Source: a bacterium
GTDB taxonomy: Bacteria; Electryoneota; Electryoneia; Electryoneales; Electryoneaceae
Reading direction: 5' to 3'
Assembly (NCBI GenBank): GCA_043801585.1
Contig: JAZDLX010000045.1
Location: 1-43,364 of the forward strand
DNA: 43,364 bases
In this document: one piece after another, positions 30,569 through 39,476 of the stretch
Layout of the letters: the number at the start of each line of letters is the position of its first letter
Position numbering within the stretch: position 1 is the stretch's first letter
Translations under genes and position numbers: made by a program
Notes under the pieces: generated by a model
The model's database searches: none
Seen by the model: only the letters and a program-made list of their open reading frames with translations
What the model was told of the DNA's origin: nothing

Positions 30569-31572
30569 GATTCGATCCTCACCGCCATGTTCTGTTCAAA
30601 GGATTTCGCTGCCGCCTGGGAAATGCGCACGGCAGCCTTGGCGTCAGCACCGGAAACCGGAACAGGTTTGTCGCTGCGCACGCTGGAAAAAAACTGGCGT
30701 TGTTCCTCGACAAACGCCTCACGGAATCGTTCGACGAAACTGAAATGCGGTTTGTCTGAATACACACCTTCTGCTGTGCTTAACTGAATCTGGGTCGGCG
30801 TCGTGTTCCTCGCCCAGACACTTCCCTTGGATCCAAAAACCTCGATTTGCTGATCATAACCGTAGTTGGTTTCCCGGCTGTTGTCTACGATGCACAACGC
30901 CCCGTTCGACAACCGCAAAGTGATCAGAGCCGTATCAATATCCCCGAGTTTTTCGATCTCGGGATCGATCAGCACCGCACCCATGACAAAAATCTCCTCA
31001 ACCTCGGCTCCGCTGAGATACCGGACTGTATCAAAATCATGTATGCAGAAATCCATGAAAAGACCGCCGGAATGAGGAATAAAATCAAGTGCAGGCCGAA
31101 CCGGATCACGATTTGTGATGCGAATGATCTGTTGATTTCCGATCTCACCGGCCGCTACTGCAGCTTTCACTCGGCTGAAATCCGGATCGAATCTTCGATT
31201 GAATCCCACCTGCAGCTTCACTCCCGCCGTCTTCACCGCCTCGATCGCTTCGTCAATTTCCTCAGGCGTGAAGGCGATGGGTTTCTCGCAGAACATGTGC
31301 TTTCCCGCAGCAGCCACCTGTTTGATCATCGCGACATGTTCAGTGGAAGAGGTGGCGATTACAACGGCCTCAAGTTCAGGATCAGCCAACAGTTCCTTCA
31401 CATCTTTGGTCGCGTTCGGAATACCGGATTCGTGAGCCCATTCCTCGTTGAGTGCAGGATCTGCAACCCATTTCAGAGTGACATCCGGAATCAGGGAGAG
31501 AATGTTTGACGCATGCATCTTGCCAATTCGTCCTGCCCCGATCAGGCCTGCAACGATTTTGTCTTTTGACAA
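30565..31572 (-). CDS. iolG: Inositol 2-dehydrogenase (Gfo/Idh/MocA), copy 1
   Basis: GAGRIG.MH, CEKP, GFNRRFD, SGGLFMDFCIHDFD, YGYDQQIEVFGSKG. Start placed at TTG after GGGGG; the ORF extends to 31641. Confidence 0.85.
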   Translation of the reverse strand: MSKDKIVAGLIGAGRIGKMHASNILSLIPDVTLKWVADPALNEEWAHESGIPNATKDVKELLADPELEAVVIATSSTEHVAMIKQVAAAGKHMFCEKPIAFTPEEIDEAIEAVKTAGVKLQVGFNRRFDPDFSRVKAAVAAGEIGNQQIIRITNRDPVRPALDFIPHSGGLFMDFCIHDFDTVRYLSGAEVEEIFVMGAVLIDPEIEKLGDIDTALITLRLSNGALCIVDNSRETNYGYDQQIEVFGSKGSVWARNTTPTQIQLSTAEGVYSDKPHFSFVERFREAFVEEQRQFFSSVRSDKPVPVSGADAKAAVRISQAAAKSFEQNMAVRIES

Positions 31573-31633
31573 TTTATCCCCCACTTGAATCGAGCGTCCC
31601 CACCCCATGGCGGGGAGTTCATGGCCCTCTTGC

Positions 31634-32584
31634 TTACTCAAGAGATTCCCGGGTAATCAGTTCGATGGTTACCGGGATGTAGTCCGGAATCTCCTCACCG
31701 GAGAGTTGCTTGACCGCGTTTTCGACAGCAAGCTTTCCCATCTCGTAGGGATGTTGGGCGATAGAGCCGGTCATTGTTCCCTTGCGAATCGCTTCACGCC
31801 CATCCTTGATCGCATCGAATCCGATCACAATCAAATCATTGCCCTTGCCTTCCGCCGCAATCGCTTCGATCGCGCCAAGCGCCATCATGTCGTTGCAGCA
31901 GAAAAGGGCATCGATGTTCCGGCAGGATTTCAGGATGTTCTGGAAGACATTAAATCCCTGGTCACGTTCCCAGTTTGCGGTCTGTGAGGCGACAATCCTG
32001 ATCCCGTCTTCCTTGTCGATGACATCATGAAAACCGGATAACCTCTGGTCACCGGTCTCGTGCCCGGGAATTCCTTCGAGAATTGCCACATCTCCCTTTC
32101 CCCCGAGCAGGTTGACGATAAACCGCCCGGCGATCCTGCCTCCCTCAAAATTGTCCGAGCCTATGAAGGTGGCAATCTTTCCACCCGCCTCCTCCAGTGT
32201 GGCCATGTCCACTTGAGTGTCGATCACGAGCACCGGGATCTGCCGTTCGTTGGCCTTCAGAATGGCTGGAATAATTTCACGTGAACCGCTCGGGGAAACG
32301 ATGATCGCTGAGACGTTGCGTTCGATCAGATTTTCGATGATCTGCATCTGCTTCTCGACGTCTACTTCCCGTTCGGCAGCTTGCACAATCAAGCTTACTC
32401 CGCGCTCCGAAGCAGTCTCCTCGGCTCCTTTTTGAAGGTCGATGAAGTAGGGATTGTTCAAGGTTTTCAAAACCAGCGCCAAATCCAGATCGTGCTGTTT
32501 TTTCTGTTTCCCGCGCTGGCAACCCACCGCCATCAGCAGAACCAACCCGAGAAAAAAGGCCGTGAGGAATCTTGTCCCTTTCAT
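31634..32584 (-). CDS. Sugar ABC transporter substrate-binding lipoprotein (RbsB-like, probably inositol)
   Basis: Lipobox MAVGC; KTLNNPYF, IGSDN.EGG, R..GF, NDMMALGA, GFDA. Confidence 0.9.
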   Translation of the reverse strand: MKGTRFLTAFFLGLVLLMAVGCQRGKQKKQHDLDLALVLKTLNNPYFIDLQKGAEETASERGVSLIVQAAEREVDVEKQMQIIENLIERNVSAIIVSPSGSREIIPAILKANERQIPVLVIDTQVDMATLEEAGGKIATFIGSDNFEGGRIAGRFIVNLLGGKGDVAILEGIPGHETGDQRLSGFHDVIDKEDGIRIVASQTANWERDQGFNVFQNILKSCRNIDALFCCNDMMALGAIEAIAAEGKGNDLIVIGFDAIKDGREAIRKGTMTGSIAQHPYEMGKLAVENAVKQLSGEEIPDYIPVTIELITRESLE

Positions 32585-32600
32585 CCGAATTCCTCCAATC

Positions 32601-33548
32601 CTACTTCCCGTGCTTCTTCAGCGTCATATCGATGAGCACGGCAATGATGATGACCAATCCGATCACCGTCTGCTGCACAAAGGAGGACACGCCGAGCAAA
32701 TTGAGTCCATTGCGCAGCACTCCCATGATCAGCGCACCGATCAGGGTTCCCAAAACGCGGCCCTCACCGCCCATCAGACTCGTCCCCCCAATAACCGTCG
32801 CAGCAATCGCGTCGAGCTCATACATAATCCCGGCGATTGGCTGCGCTGAGTTCAGACGGGCGGTGAGGATGATCGCCGCTACACCGCTGAGCATGCCACA
32901 GATTCCATACACCAGAGTCTTGTAATACTTTACGTTCACACCGGAGAGAATCGCCGCCTCTTCATTTCCCCCGATAGCGTACGTGTATCTGCCAAGCTTC
33001 GTCCGGGTCAAAACAAAATGGGCCAGTGCGTACACGATCAGCATGATGACCACTGGCGAGGGGATGCCGAGCATGGTCCCTGTCGCCAGGAATCGAAACC
33101 CCTCGGAAAATCCTGAGATCGGACGTCCCTTTGTCCAGAGCAATGCAGCGCCCCGCGCGACACTCATCATCCCCAAGGTCGAGATGAATGGCGGAAGATT
33201 ACCCCGTGTAATGAGAATTCCGTTGACACTACCGCAGAGAAATCCAACAACGATGGCCAGCAGGAGGGCGATGGGCTCGGGCACTCCGGCCTGGAGCGCC
33301 GACGCCGTGACCACGCCGGTAAAAGCGAGGATTGATCCCACCGACAGATCGATACCGGCGGTGATGATGACAAAGGTCATCCCGACGGCGATGATCGCGT
33401 TGATCGAGGTCTGAAGGGCGACATTTGAAAGGTTGGAGAAGGTGAGAAAATGGGGGGTCAGGATCCAGAGAATCATGCAAAGAACGATCAGGCCAATGAA
33501 CGTTCCGAACTGCCTGCCGTTGTGGATCATGAGTTTTCCGATTCGCAT
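32601..33548 (-). CDS. Sugar ABC transporter permease (RbsC-like)
   Basis: GMTFVIITAGIDLSVGS, PPFI.TLG, GGNEEAA.LSG, YELDAIAATVIGGTSL.GG.G. Confidence 0.92.
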   Translation of the reverse strand: MRIGKLMIHNGRQFGTFIGLIVLCMILWILTPHFLTFSNLSNVALQTSINAIIAVGMTFVIITAGIDLSVGSILAFTGVVTASALQAGVPEPIALLLAIVVGFLCGSVNGILITRGNLPPFISTLGMMSVARGAALLWTKGRPISGFSEGFRFLATGTMLGIPSPVVIMLIVYALAHFVLTRTKLGRYTYAIGGNEEAAILSGVNVKYYKTLVYGICGMLSGVAAIILTARLNSAQPIAGIMYELDAIAATVIGGTSLMGGEGRVLGTLIGALIMGVLRNGLNLLGVSSFVQQTVIGLVIIIAVLIDMTLKKHGK

Positions 33549-33549
33549 C

Positions 33550-35067
33550 TCACGCCCCCAGTGCACAGTTCAGGATTTGTTCCGGGGAGGTCTTCTGCGC
33601 CTCAAAATGTCCCCGGATCCGGCCGTTGCCCATGACGAGGATTCGATCGCTCATTCCAAGGATCTCCGGTAACTCCGAGGAGATCATGACCACGGCAACT
33701 CCCCGCGATGCAAGTTCCCGGATTAACTTGTAAATCTCCATTTTGGATCCTACATCGACGCCCCGGGTTGGCTCGTCGAAGAGAAAGATCTCAGAATCAC
33801 AGCACAACCATTTGCTGATTACGACCTTCTGCTGATTTCCACCGCTCAGGTAAAGTGTTTTCTGGTGAATGCTGGGGGTTTTGATCTTCAACTCATCGAT
33901 GTACCGGACAGCCATGGAAGTTTCCCTGGAATTCGATACCACGCCGAATTTCGAAAGCCGTTCGATACTGGGAAGGCAGATATTGTCACGCACAGACAGA
34001 TCTAAAACAAGCCCGTGCAGTTTCCTGTCCTCTGTGAGAAACCCGAGGCCGTGGTTGATGGAATTCCGAGGCGACAGATGTGTCTGAAGCCGACCTTTAA
34101 GATAGACTTTCCCCGAATCGATCCGGTCGACTCCGAACACCGCCCGCGCAAGTTCCGTTCGACCTGAACCGAGCAACCCTGCAATACCCAGGATTTCTCC
34201 ACGGTGGACGGTGAAGCTGATGTCCTTCAAGGTCTCACCCCTGTTGAGGTGCTCAACCCGAAGGATTTCTTCGCCTTTTCGCGTCTCCGATACCGGGAAT
34301 TGTTCATTCACTTCCCGATTCACCATCATCCTGATCAGAGTCGGCCGGTTCACCTGGTCGAGATTGCGTGTACCAACCAGCTTTCCATCCCGCAACACGG
34401 TCACCCGGTCACCGATCTCGAACAACTCCTCCATGCGGTGACTGATGTAGATGATCCCGACACCCTTCATCTTGAGGCGAGTGATCGCCTGAAACAGTTC
34501 TCCGATTTCATGAGTTGTCAGAGCTGAGGTGGGTTCATCCATGATCAGGATACGGGCATCCAGAGATAATGCTTTGGCAACTTCCACCATCTGTTGTTGA
34601 GCAAGCCCAAGGTCAAAGATCCTGCTATCCGAATCGAGGTCGACATCCAGCTCCCGCAGGATAGCGCCCGCATCCTCCAGCATCTTGCGCTTGTCAATCA
34701 CACCAAATTTGAGCGTCGGCTCGCGTCCGAGGAAGATGTTCTCCGCGACCGTGAGATGTGGAACGAGATTCAACTCCTGATAGATGACCCCAATACCCAA
34801 CTCTTGTGCGTGCCTGGGATTTCGTATCTCAACTTCGTCGCCGTTAAGACGAATTATCCCAGCGTTTTTCGGATGTGCCCCACTAAGAATTTTGACAAGC
34901 GTGGATTTTCCGGCGCCGTTCTCGCCGAGCAGAACATGGATCTCGCCCGATTTCAGCTCGAAGTTGATATCCTCAAGAGCGGTTACCCCCGGAAATGTTT
35001 TCGTGATATTGCACATTTCCAGCAGAATTTTTCCGTTCCCCTGGTCGTCTGTGGAAATCAAAGCCAT
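33550..35067 (-). CDS. Sugar ABC transporter ATP-binding protein (RbsA-like, tandem NBD)
   Basis: GENGAGKSTL, MDEPT, YISHR, LSGGNQQK, DEPTRGVDVG, ISSELPE. Confidence 0.95.
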   Translation of the reverse strand: MALISTDDQGNGKILLEMCNITKTFPGVTALEDINFELKSGEIHVLLGENGAGKSTLVKILSGAHPKNAGIIRLNGDEVEIRNPRHAQELGIGVIYQELNLVPHLTVAENIFLGREPTLKFGVIDKRKMLEDAGAILRELDVDLDSDSRIFDLGLAQQQMVEVAKALSLDARILIMDEPTSALTTHEIGELFQAITRLKMKGVGIIYISHRMEELFEIGDRVTVLRDGKLVGTRNLDQVNRPTLIRMMVNREVNEQFPVSETRKGEEILRVEHLNRGETLKDISFTVHRGEILGIAGLLGSGRTELARAVFGVDRIDSGKVYLKGRLQTHLSPRNSINHGLGFLTEDRKLHGLVLDLSVRDNICLPSIERLSKFGVVSNSRETSMAVRYIDELKIKTPSIHQKTLYLSGGNQQKVVISKWLCCDSEIFLFDEPTRGVDVGSKMEIYKLIRELASRGVAVVMISSELPEILGMSDRILVMGNGRIRGHFEAQKTSPEQILNCALGA

Positions 35068-35101
35068 AGCCTCTCGTCCCGCAGAAACATCAGCCTGCAG
35101 T

Positions 35102-35902
35102 TCAGATGAATGAACGCATGTACGCGATGGTTTTCGCAGCTGCAGTATCGGAATCAGGAAGCGGTAATATCTCCGCCGAAAGGAACCCGTTGTAGCCAGT
35201 CCCCTCCAGGGTCGTTACGATCTCGCTGAAGTCCAGGTGCCCCGCTCCCGGGTGCCACCGATTGGAATCCGCGATGTGAAAATGGAAGATTCGCTCGCCA
35301 GCAGTGTGGATACTCTGAAGAGGGGAGGGTTCCTCGATGTTCATATGGAACGTGTCGAGTAGCAGACCTGCGCTGTCACGCTTAACGAAATCGAGGAATC
35401 GAAGGCTCTCGTCAACAGTATTTAGAAAATCCGACTCGTAGCGATTGATCGGTTCAATCACCATCTGGACATCGGGTTTGTAATCGGCGCAGTCACGGAG
35501 AGCTTCGATGCAGCGGGCTTCGGCGTCTTTGACGCTGATATCCCTGCCCCGGATGCCGCGAATCAATCCAATGATAACCAGCGCATTCAACTCCGCGGCG
35601 AGATCCATCTGGGCTTTGATACGAGTGATGGCTTTCCTCCGCACCACCGGATCCGGATGGATAAACGAAATCCCCTCCTCACCGAATGCCTGACCCGTGC
35701 CGATGGCGGGAATGACGAGTCCGTTCTTACCAGCGATGTTCACCAGCTCCGGTACGTTAAGCAGTCCCGGATCGCGCACGGCAATCTCGACCCCGTCATA
35801 TCCCAGGCCGGCAATCTTGGCAACGTTCTCCGCCAACTGACCCTTGTAGGCCAAGGCGGAGAACGCTGCCGGTTGAGTCGAGAGAACGATACTCAGCTTC
35901 AC
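35102..35902 (-). CDS. iolO: 5-keto-L-gluconate epimerase (TM0416-like sugar epimerase TIM barrel)
   Basis: MKLS.V.ST..AAF.ALA.KG, GYDGVEIAVRDP, IGTGQA, IEPINRYE, DTFHMNIEE, HIADSNR..PG.GH. Adjacent to iolN/iolM. Confidence 0.85.
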   Translation of the reverse strand: MKLSIVLSTQPAAFSALAYKGQLAENVAKIAGLGYDGVEIAVRDPGLLNVPELVNIAGKNGLVIPAIGTGQAFGEEGISFIHPDPVVRRKAITRIKAQMDLAAELNALVIIGLIRGIRGRDISVKDAEARCIEALRDCADYKPDVQMVIEPINRYESDFLNTVDESLRFLDFVKRDSAGLLLDTFHMNIEEPSPLQSIHTAGERIFHFHIADSNRWHPGAGHLDFSEIVTTLEGTGYNGFLSAEILPLPDSDTAAAKTIAYMRSFI

Positions 35903-35903
35903 G

Positions 35904-36998
35904 TCAGAGTCCCATCTTCTGTATCGCGTAGATGGGTCGCCAGCCTTTCGTGAAGGGTTCCTTCATGTACGGCTCCATCTCCCGGGCGGTGCGCATCGTC
36001 GTCTTCTCGATGGGCGGAACCTTGCCCGAGGGGAAAGCCTTCAGGATTTCGTCATGCAACAGTGTCAGATAGGAGAGAATTGCGGCGATGGTACGTTTCG
36101 CCTTCTGTGCAGTCGCGATATTCGGGCGTCCCACCACACCCTCGGGGATGGCAGCGATCTCGATGGGGAAGTGACCTTGTCCCTCCGACCATTTACACGG
36201 CCGCGCGAAGGGATCGACCGCTTTATCCATATGGCCATCGGGCAGGTATCCGGGAACCGACGTCTCCTGCGCCAGATCCATCTGCACGTATTCCTTTGCA
36301 AGCAGGAGCATCACCGAAGTCTCAGCCTCGTCGGCGTGGAAGAAGTTGTCGTCCCAATTGCCGCCACGATCCTTGGTGCGGAAGAACTCGCGGACTGCAC
36401 GGTGCCAGTCGATAGTGCGGAAAATGCCTGGCAGATTCCACGTCTTCTGAAGTTCCTGGATCGCCGCCTCAAGCAACCACAGGTGGCCGTGGTTGTTGAC
36501 CAGAATGATCTTGCGAAAGCCGTCGTTCCACAGACCGACCATTACGTCGATCAGCAGCCGCTTGAGCACCTCGTCCTCAAGGTGGACCGTCCCGGGCATA
36601 CCCACATGGTGATGGGGATGACCTCCGTAGTTGAGCGGTGTCCAGACCAGGTTGCAGGGCGCGCCCTTTTTCGCGGTGAACCTCCGGACTCCCTCGAGGA
36701 TCTGGGTGACCATCAGCGTGTCGAGGGCGGTTACGGTATGTCGACCGTGGAGCTCGGTACAACCGATCGGTACAAAGACGATGTCGTTCTTCTTGCGATT
36801 TTCGACAACTTTTTGCCGAATTGTGGTCTGTATGTAGGTACCCGGTTTTCCGAGCTCGGACGCACTGGGAATGCCGTAATCTGCAAGGATCTCTTCGATT
36901 TCAGCGTCAGACGCTTCCCAGATCCTCTTTTTCAGCCGACCAACTCCAGTGTTCTCGAATCTCAGATCTTCCCGATTGGTTGTCAGCCAGTCACTCAT
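35904..36998 (-). CDS. iolN: 3-dehydro-scyllo-inosose hydrolase (creatininase family)
   Basis: PIGCTELHG.H....LD, NNHGH, FHADEAETS creatininase-fold motifs; lies between iolM and iolO. Confidence 0.82.
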   Translation of the reverse strand: MSDWLTTNREDLRFENTGVGRLKKRIWEASDAEIEEILADYGIPSASELGKPGTYIQTTIRQKVVENRKKNDIVFVPIGCTELHGRHTVTALDTLMVTQILEGVRRFTAKKGAPCNLVWTPLNYGGHPHHHVGMPGTVHLEDEVLKRLLIDVMVGLWNDGFRKIILVNNHGHLWLLEAAIQELQKTWNLPGIFRTIDWHRAVREFFRTKDRGGNWDDNFFHADEAETSVMLLLAKEYVQMDLAQETSVPGYLPDGHMDKAVDPFARPCKWSEGQGHFPIEIAAIPEGVVGRPNIATAQKAKRTIAAILSYLTLLHDEILKAFPSGKVPPIEKTTMRTAREMEPYMKEPFTKGWRPIYAIQKMGL

Positions 36999-37028
36999 CT
37001 TTATCTCCTTCCCCCTTAAATAGAAGTG

Positions 37029-38213
37029 TCAATCGATCAATGCCGTGATCTTCACTTCTTCACGATCGGACTGAAGCCGGACAAGATTTTCCGGCACTTC
37101 TTTGATTTTAATCTTCTTCGTGACCATCGGCGTGACATCCATTCCGGCCGCCATGCTGCTGATCACACGGGGGAACGTACCGTGGCCCGAGTGACCCTGG
37201 GAACCGGCGACGTTCGCCCGACGAACCTGGAATACCTCTCCGTTCATGGGAATCCTGTCGTCCGCACGGGCGACGAGAACCACAGTGGAGTTGAGGGTAC
37301 GTCCTTCCCAGATGATATTCTCGACATCTTTCCAGACGATGCTGGGCAGGCCGGTCGCTTCGAGGATCAGGTCTGCACCCATCCCCTTGGTGATTTCGAG
37401 AACAGCTTCGGTGACATTGACATCCTTGGGGTTGATTGCATGGGTTGCCCCCATGGAAAGGGCCATCTCTCGCCTTGCCTTGGAGGGTTCGGACAGAATT
37501 ACTTTCGCGGCTCCGGAACGCCGGAGCACGGCACAGGCAGCAGCACCGATCGGGCCACCACCGAGAATCAGAACATTATCTCCGGCTCGGATACCACCCC
37601 CGCGCTCAATGACGGCGTTGTAAGCCACCGAGGTGGGCTCGACCAGACTTCCAAGAAGGAAGGCTTTCTCATCGCCATACTGCTCGCGCAATCCCTCGAG
37701 GCTCCACAGGTAGCGGGAATGCACCTTGATGTACTTGGCGAATGCTCCGTCAATGGAGAAGCCGATCTCCTGCAGACGTTCACAATGATTCGGATACCCG
37801 TCCGAGCAGGGTTTGCACTGGGCGCACCACTCCATCTCCTCAGAACAGACCGCTTCGCCTTTCTCATAGTTTTTGCCGGTTCGCTTGTTGAATGCGTCCT
37901 TTCCGGACTCGACCACGATCCCGGAGAATTCATGGCCCAGTGTGCAGGGAAAAGCGGTGAGACCGGGATAGTAGATATACCCGTCTTCATAAGACTGGTT
38001 CATGTGTACGTCGCTGCCGCAGATGCCGCAGGCCTTGACTTCGATCAGCACTTCCGAAGGCCCAATCTTTGGAGTTTCCTTCTCGACAAGCTCAACCCTT
38101 GGATTTCGCCAGACTTTGCTGCCTAAATAGGTTAGTTTACCATCGATGTCCTTTGAGCCGAGCTTGAAATCTGGCTTCGGATCCCAATCCGCAAAAAGAG
38201 TTATCGTCTTCAT
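37029..38213 (-). CDS. iolM: Scyllo-inosose 3-dehydrogenase (Zn-dependent MDR)
   Basis: GSKVWRNP, ACGICGSDVH, LGHEFSG, EEMEWC..C..C..GYPNHC, VEPTSVAYNA, GSQGHSGHGTFP. Start MKTITLFADW. Confidence 0.87.
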   Translation of the reverse strand: MKTITLFADWDPKPDFKLGSKDIDGKLTYLGSKVWRNPRVELVEKETPKIGPSEVLIEVKACGICGSDVHMNQSYEDGYIYYPGLTAFPCTLGHEFSGIVVESGKDAFNKRTGKNYEKGEAVCSEEMEWCAQCKPCSDGYPNHCERLQEIGFSIDGAFAKYIKVHSRYLWSLEGLREQYGDEKAFLLGSLVEPTSVAYNAVIERGGGIRAGDNVLILGGGPIGAAACAVLRRSGAAKVILSEPSKARREMALSMGATHAINPKDVNVTEAVLEITKGMGADLILEATGLPSIVWKDVENIIWEGRTLNSTVVLVARADDRIPMNGEVFQVRRANVAGSQGHSGHGTFPRVISSMAAGMDVTPMVTKKIKIKEVPENLVRLQSDREEVKITALID

Positions 38214-38392
38214 CCTTGATCCTTTCCCCCCAAAGAAAATCCTGTTTTTACAATCACTTGGTTTATGGAACTGGTAGTATCGAACGAATGGCACCACCGA
38301 TCTGACTTGTTTCAATACTGAACGAGGGAGCCGCAGACATACTGGCGAAAAGCGAGCGATCTGGGAATCCGGTAGTCATGCGACAACCCGTT

Positions 38393-38408
38393 GTGAAATC
38401 GTTTACAT
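38393..38408. promoter_or_regulatory. LacI-type operator, proximal site upstream of the iolM operon
   Basis: GTGAAATCGTTTACAT, one mismatch to the other copies. Confidence 0.75.
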
Positions 38409-38519
38409 GCAATGTGCTAAAAAAACGCCGCTGTCTACGGAGGTTGCACTTTTCTAATAATTGTAGACAGGAAGCCAATGTGACGAGTACCTTGGGGGGG
38501 TCAGAGTCGATTTCCCGTC

Positions 38520-38535
38520 GTGTAATCGTTTACAT
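38520..38535. promoter_or_regulatory. LacI-type operator, distal site upstream of the iolM operon
   Basis: GTGTAATCGTTTACAT, identical to 12385-12400. Confidence 0.8.
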
Positions 38536-39289
38536 TCGAATTTAGGAAAAAGACTCTTCGAATACCACAGCCTCCGGGAGATTTCTTTAATTTTTTCGGT
38601 TATTCCACGGTTCAAGGTGCGTTCTCCAATGCCCGGTCGAAGGGCAATGATCCGGACGACCTACTGATCCGTGATTCGGCTTCACCGAATAAAACAAGAA
38701 CACAAATTCCAATATTAAAATAACATAAAAGATTCGTTCAGACAGGCAATCGCGGACTTTCGTGTACTACCTGCCATCCACATGCACTTCTTTTTCAATC
38801 AGGTTGCTCTGTGGACTCCGAAAGAAATGAGGCTCCCGTGCAGGGCTCGCAATGGCGAGGTAAACGTTTTCATTTTCTTTCTGGTTCCTCTTCTCGATGA
38901 GGGTTTTCGAAATCCCCGCCGCGCTTCGCTGTCAACGATTTCTGAAGGTGACTGGTCATTGCTTTGGGGCGGATTCGCGAGATCCAATTCCATCTTTTCA
39001 GCCCTCTAAACCGATTGCAGATAGTGTAAACCTGCCTCCAAACGAGAGCTGAACCACAACATCCATCTCGTCCTAATTCTCCGATATATGCGCGTTCGAA
39101 CAAAAGCAAGAGGATTATCCCGCATCAAAGCTGCAAAGAGAATCTGTAAGTTTTCATACGTTTACACGGAACTTAAACTCCTTCACCCATCTTTGGAGGC
39201 TTCAGGATGACGCTCTAATCCAGTATTGTTCGTTGTGTCGGATCGTGAACCAGTCGGCAGACTGCCGGAGACCCGACACCTATCGCTTT

Positions 39290-39347
39290 CCATGAGAGTA
39301 ATTGGGGACAGTCCCTGGAAAGACCTTGGGGACCGTCCCTGATTACC
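39290..39347. repeat. Palindromic REP-like element, copy 2 (inverted relative to copy 1)
   Basis: CCATGAGAGTAATTGGGGACAGTCCCTGGAAAGACCTTGGGGACCGTCCCTGATTACC aligns with the reverse complement of 7795-7853. Confidence 0.72.
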
Positions 39348-39476
39348 GTCTCGCTGACGAACAGGCGAAATTGTGAGTGAGAGTTTCCAGTCAGTTGAGG
39401 AGGCAACTGCTTTTACATTATCTGGAAACTCTTGGATGTGTGGCCCGATCAGTCAGTTGACGGATCGGGTTCCTTC

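Noticed and set aside
31634..35067. Calling the ABC genes rbsA/rbsC/rbsB (ribose uptake)
   Set aside because: Family similarity is clear, but there is no rbsD/rbsK and the context favours inositol, so the symbols were withheld.
36054..38126. Long plus-strand ORFs (321 aa and 366 aa) opposite iolN and iolM
   Set aside because: Antisense shadows of well-conserved genes with no recognisable motifs; common in GC-rich coding DNA.
38214..38315. N-terminal extension of iolM (similar extensions for ORFs at 5518, 6389, 31641, 40295, 42144)
   Set aside because: Downstream starts fit family length, RBS or signal peptides better.
38782..39406. Short ORFs (63-79 aa) in the gap between iolM and DUF374
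   Set aside because: Mutually overlapping, no convincing RBS or motif, and no transposase or pseudogene remnant recognisable by eye.
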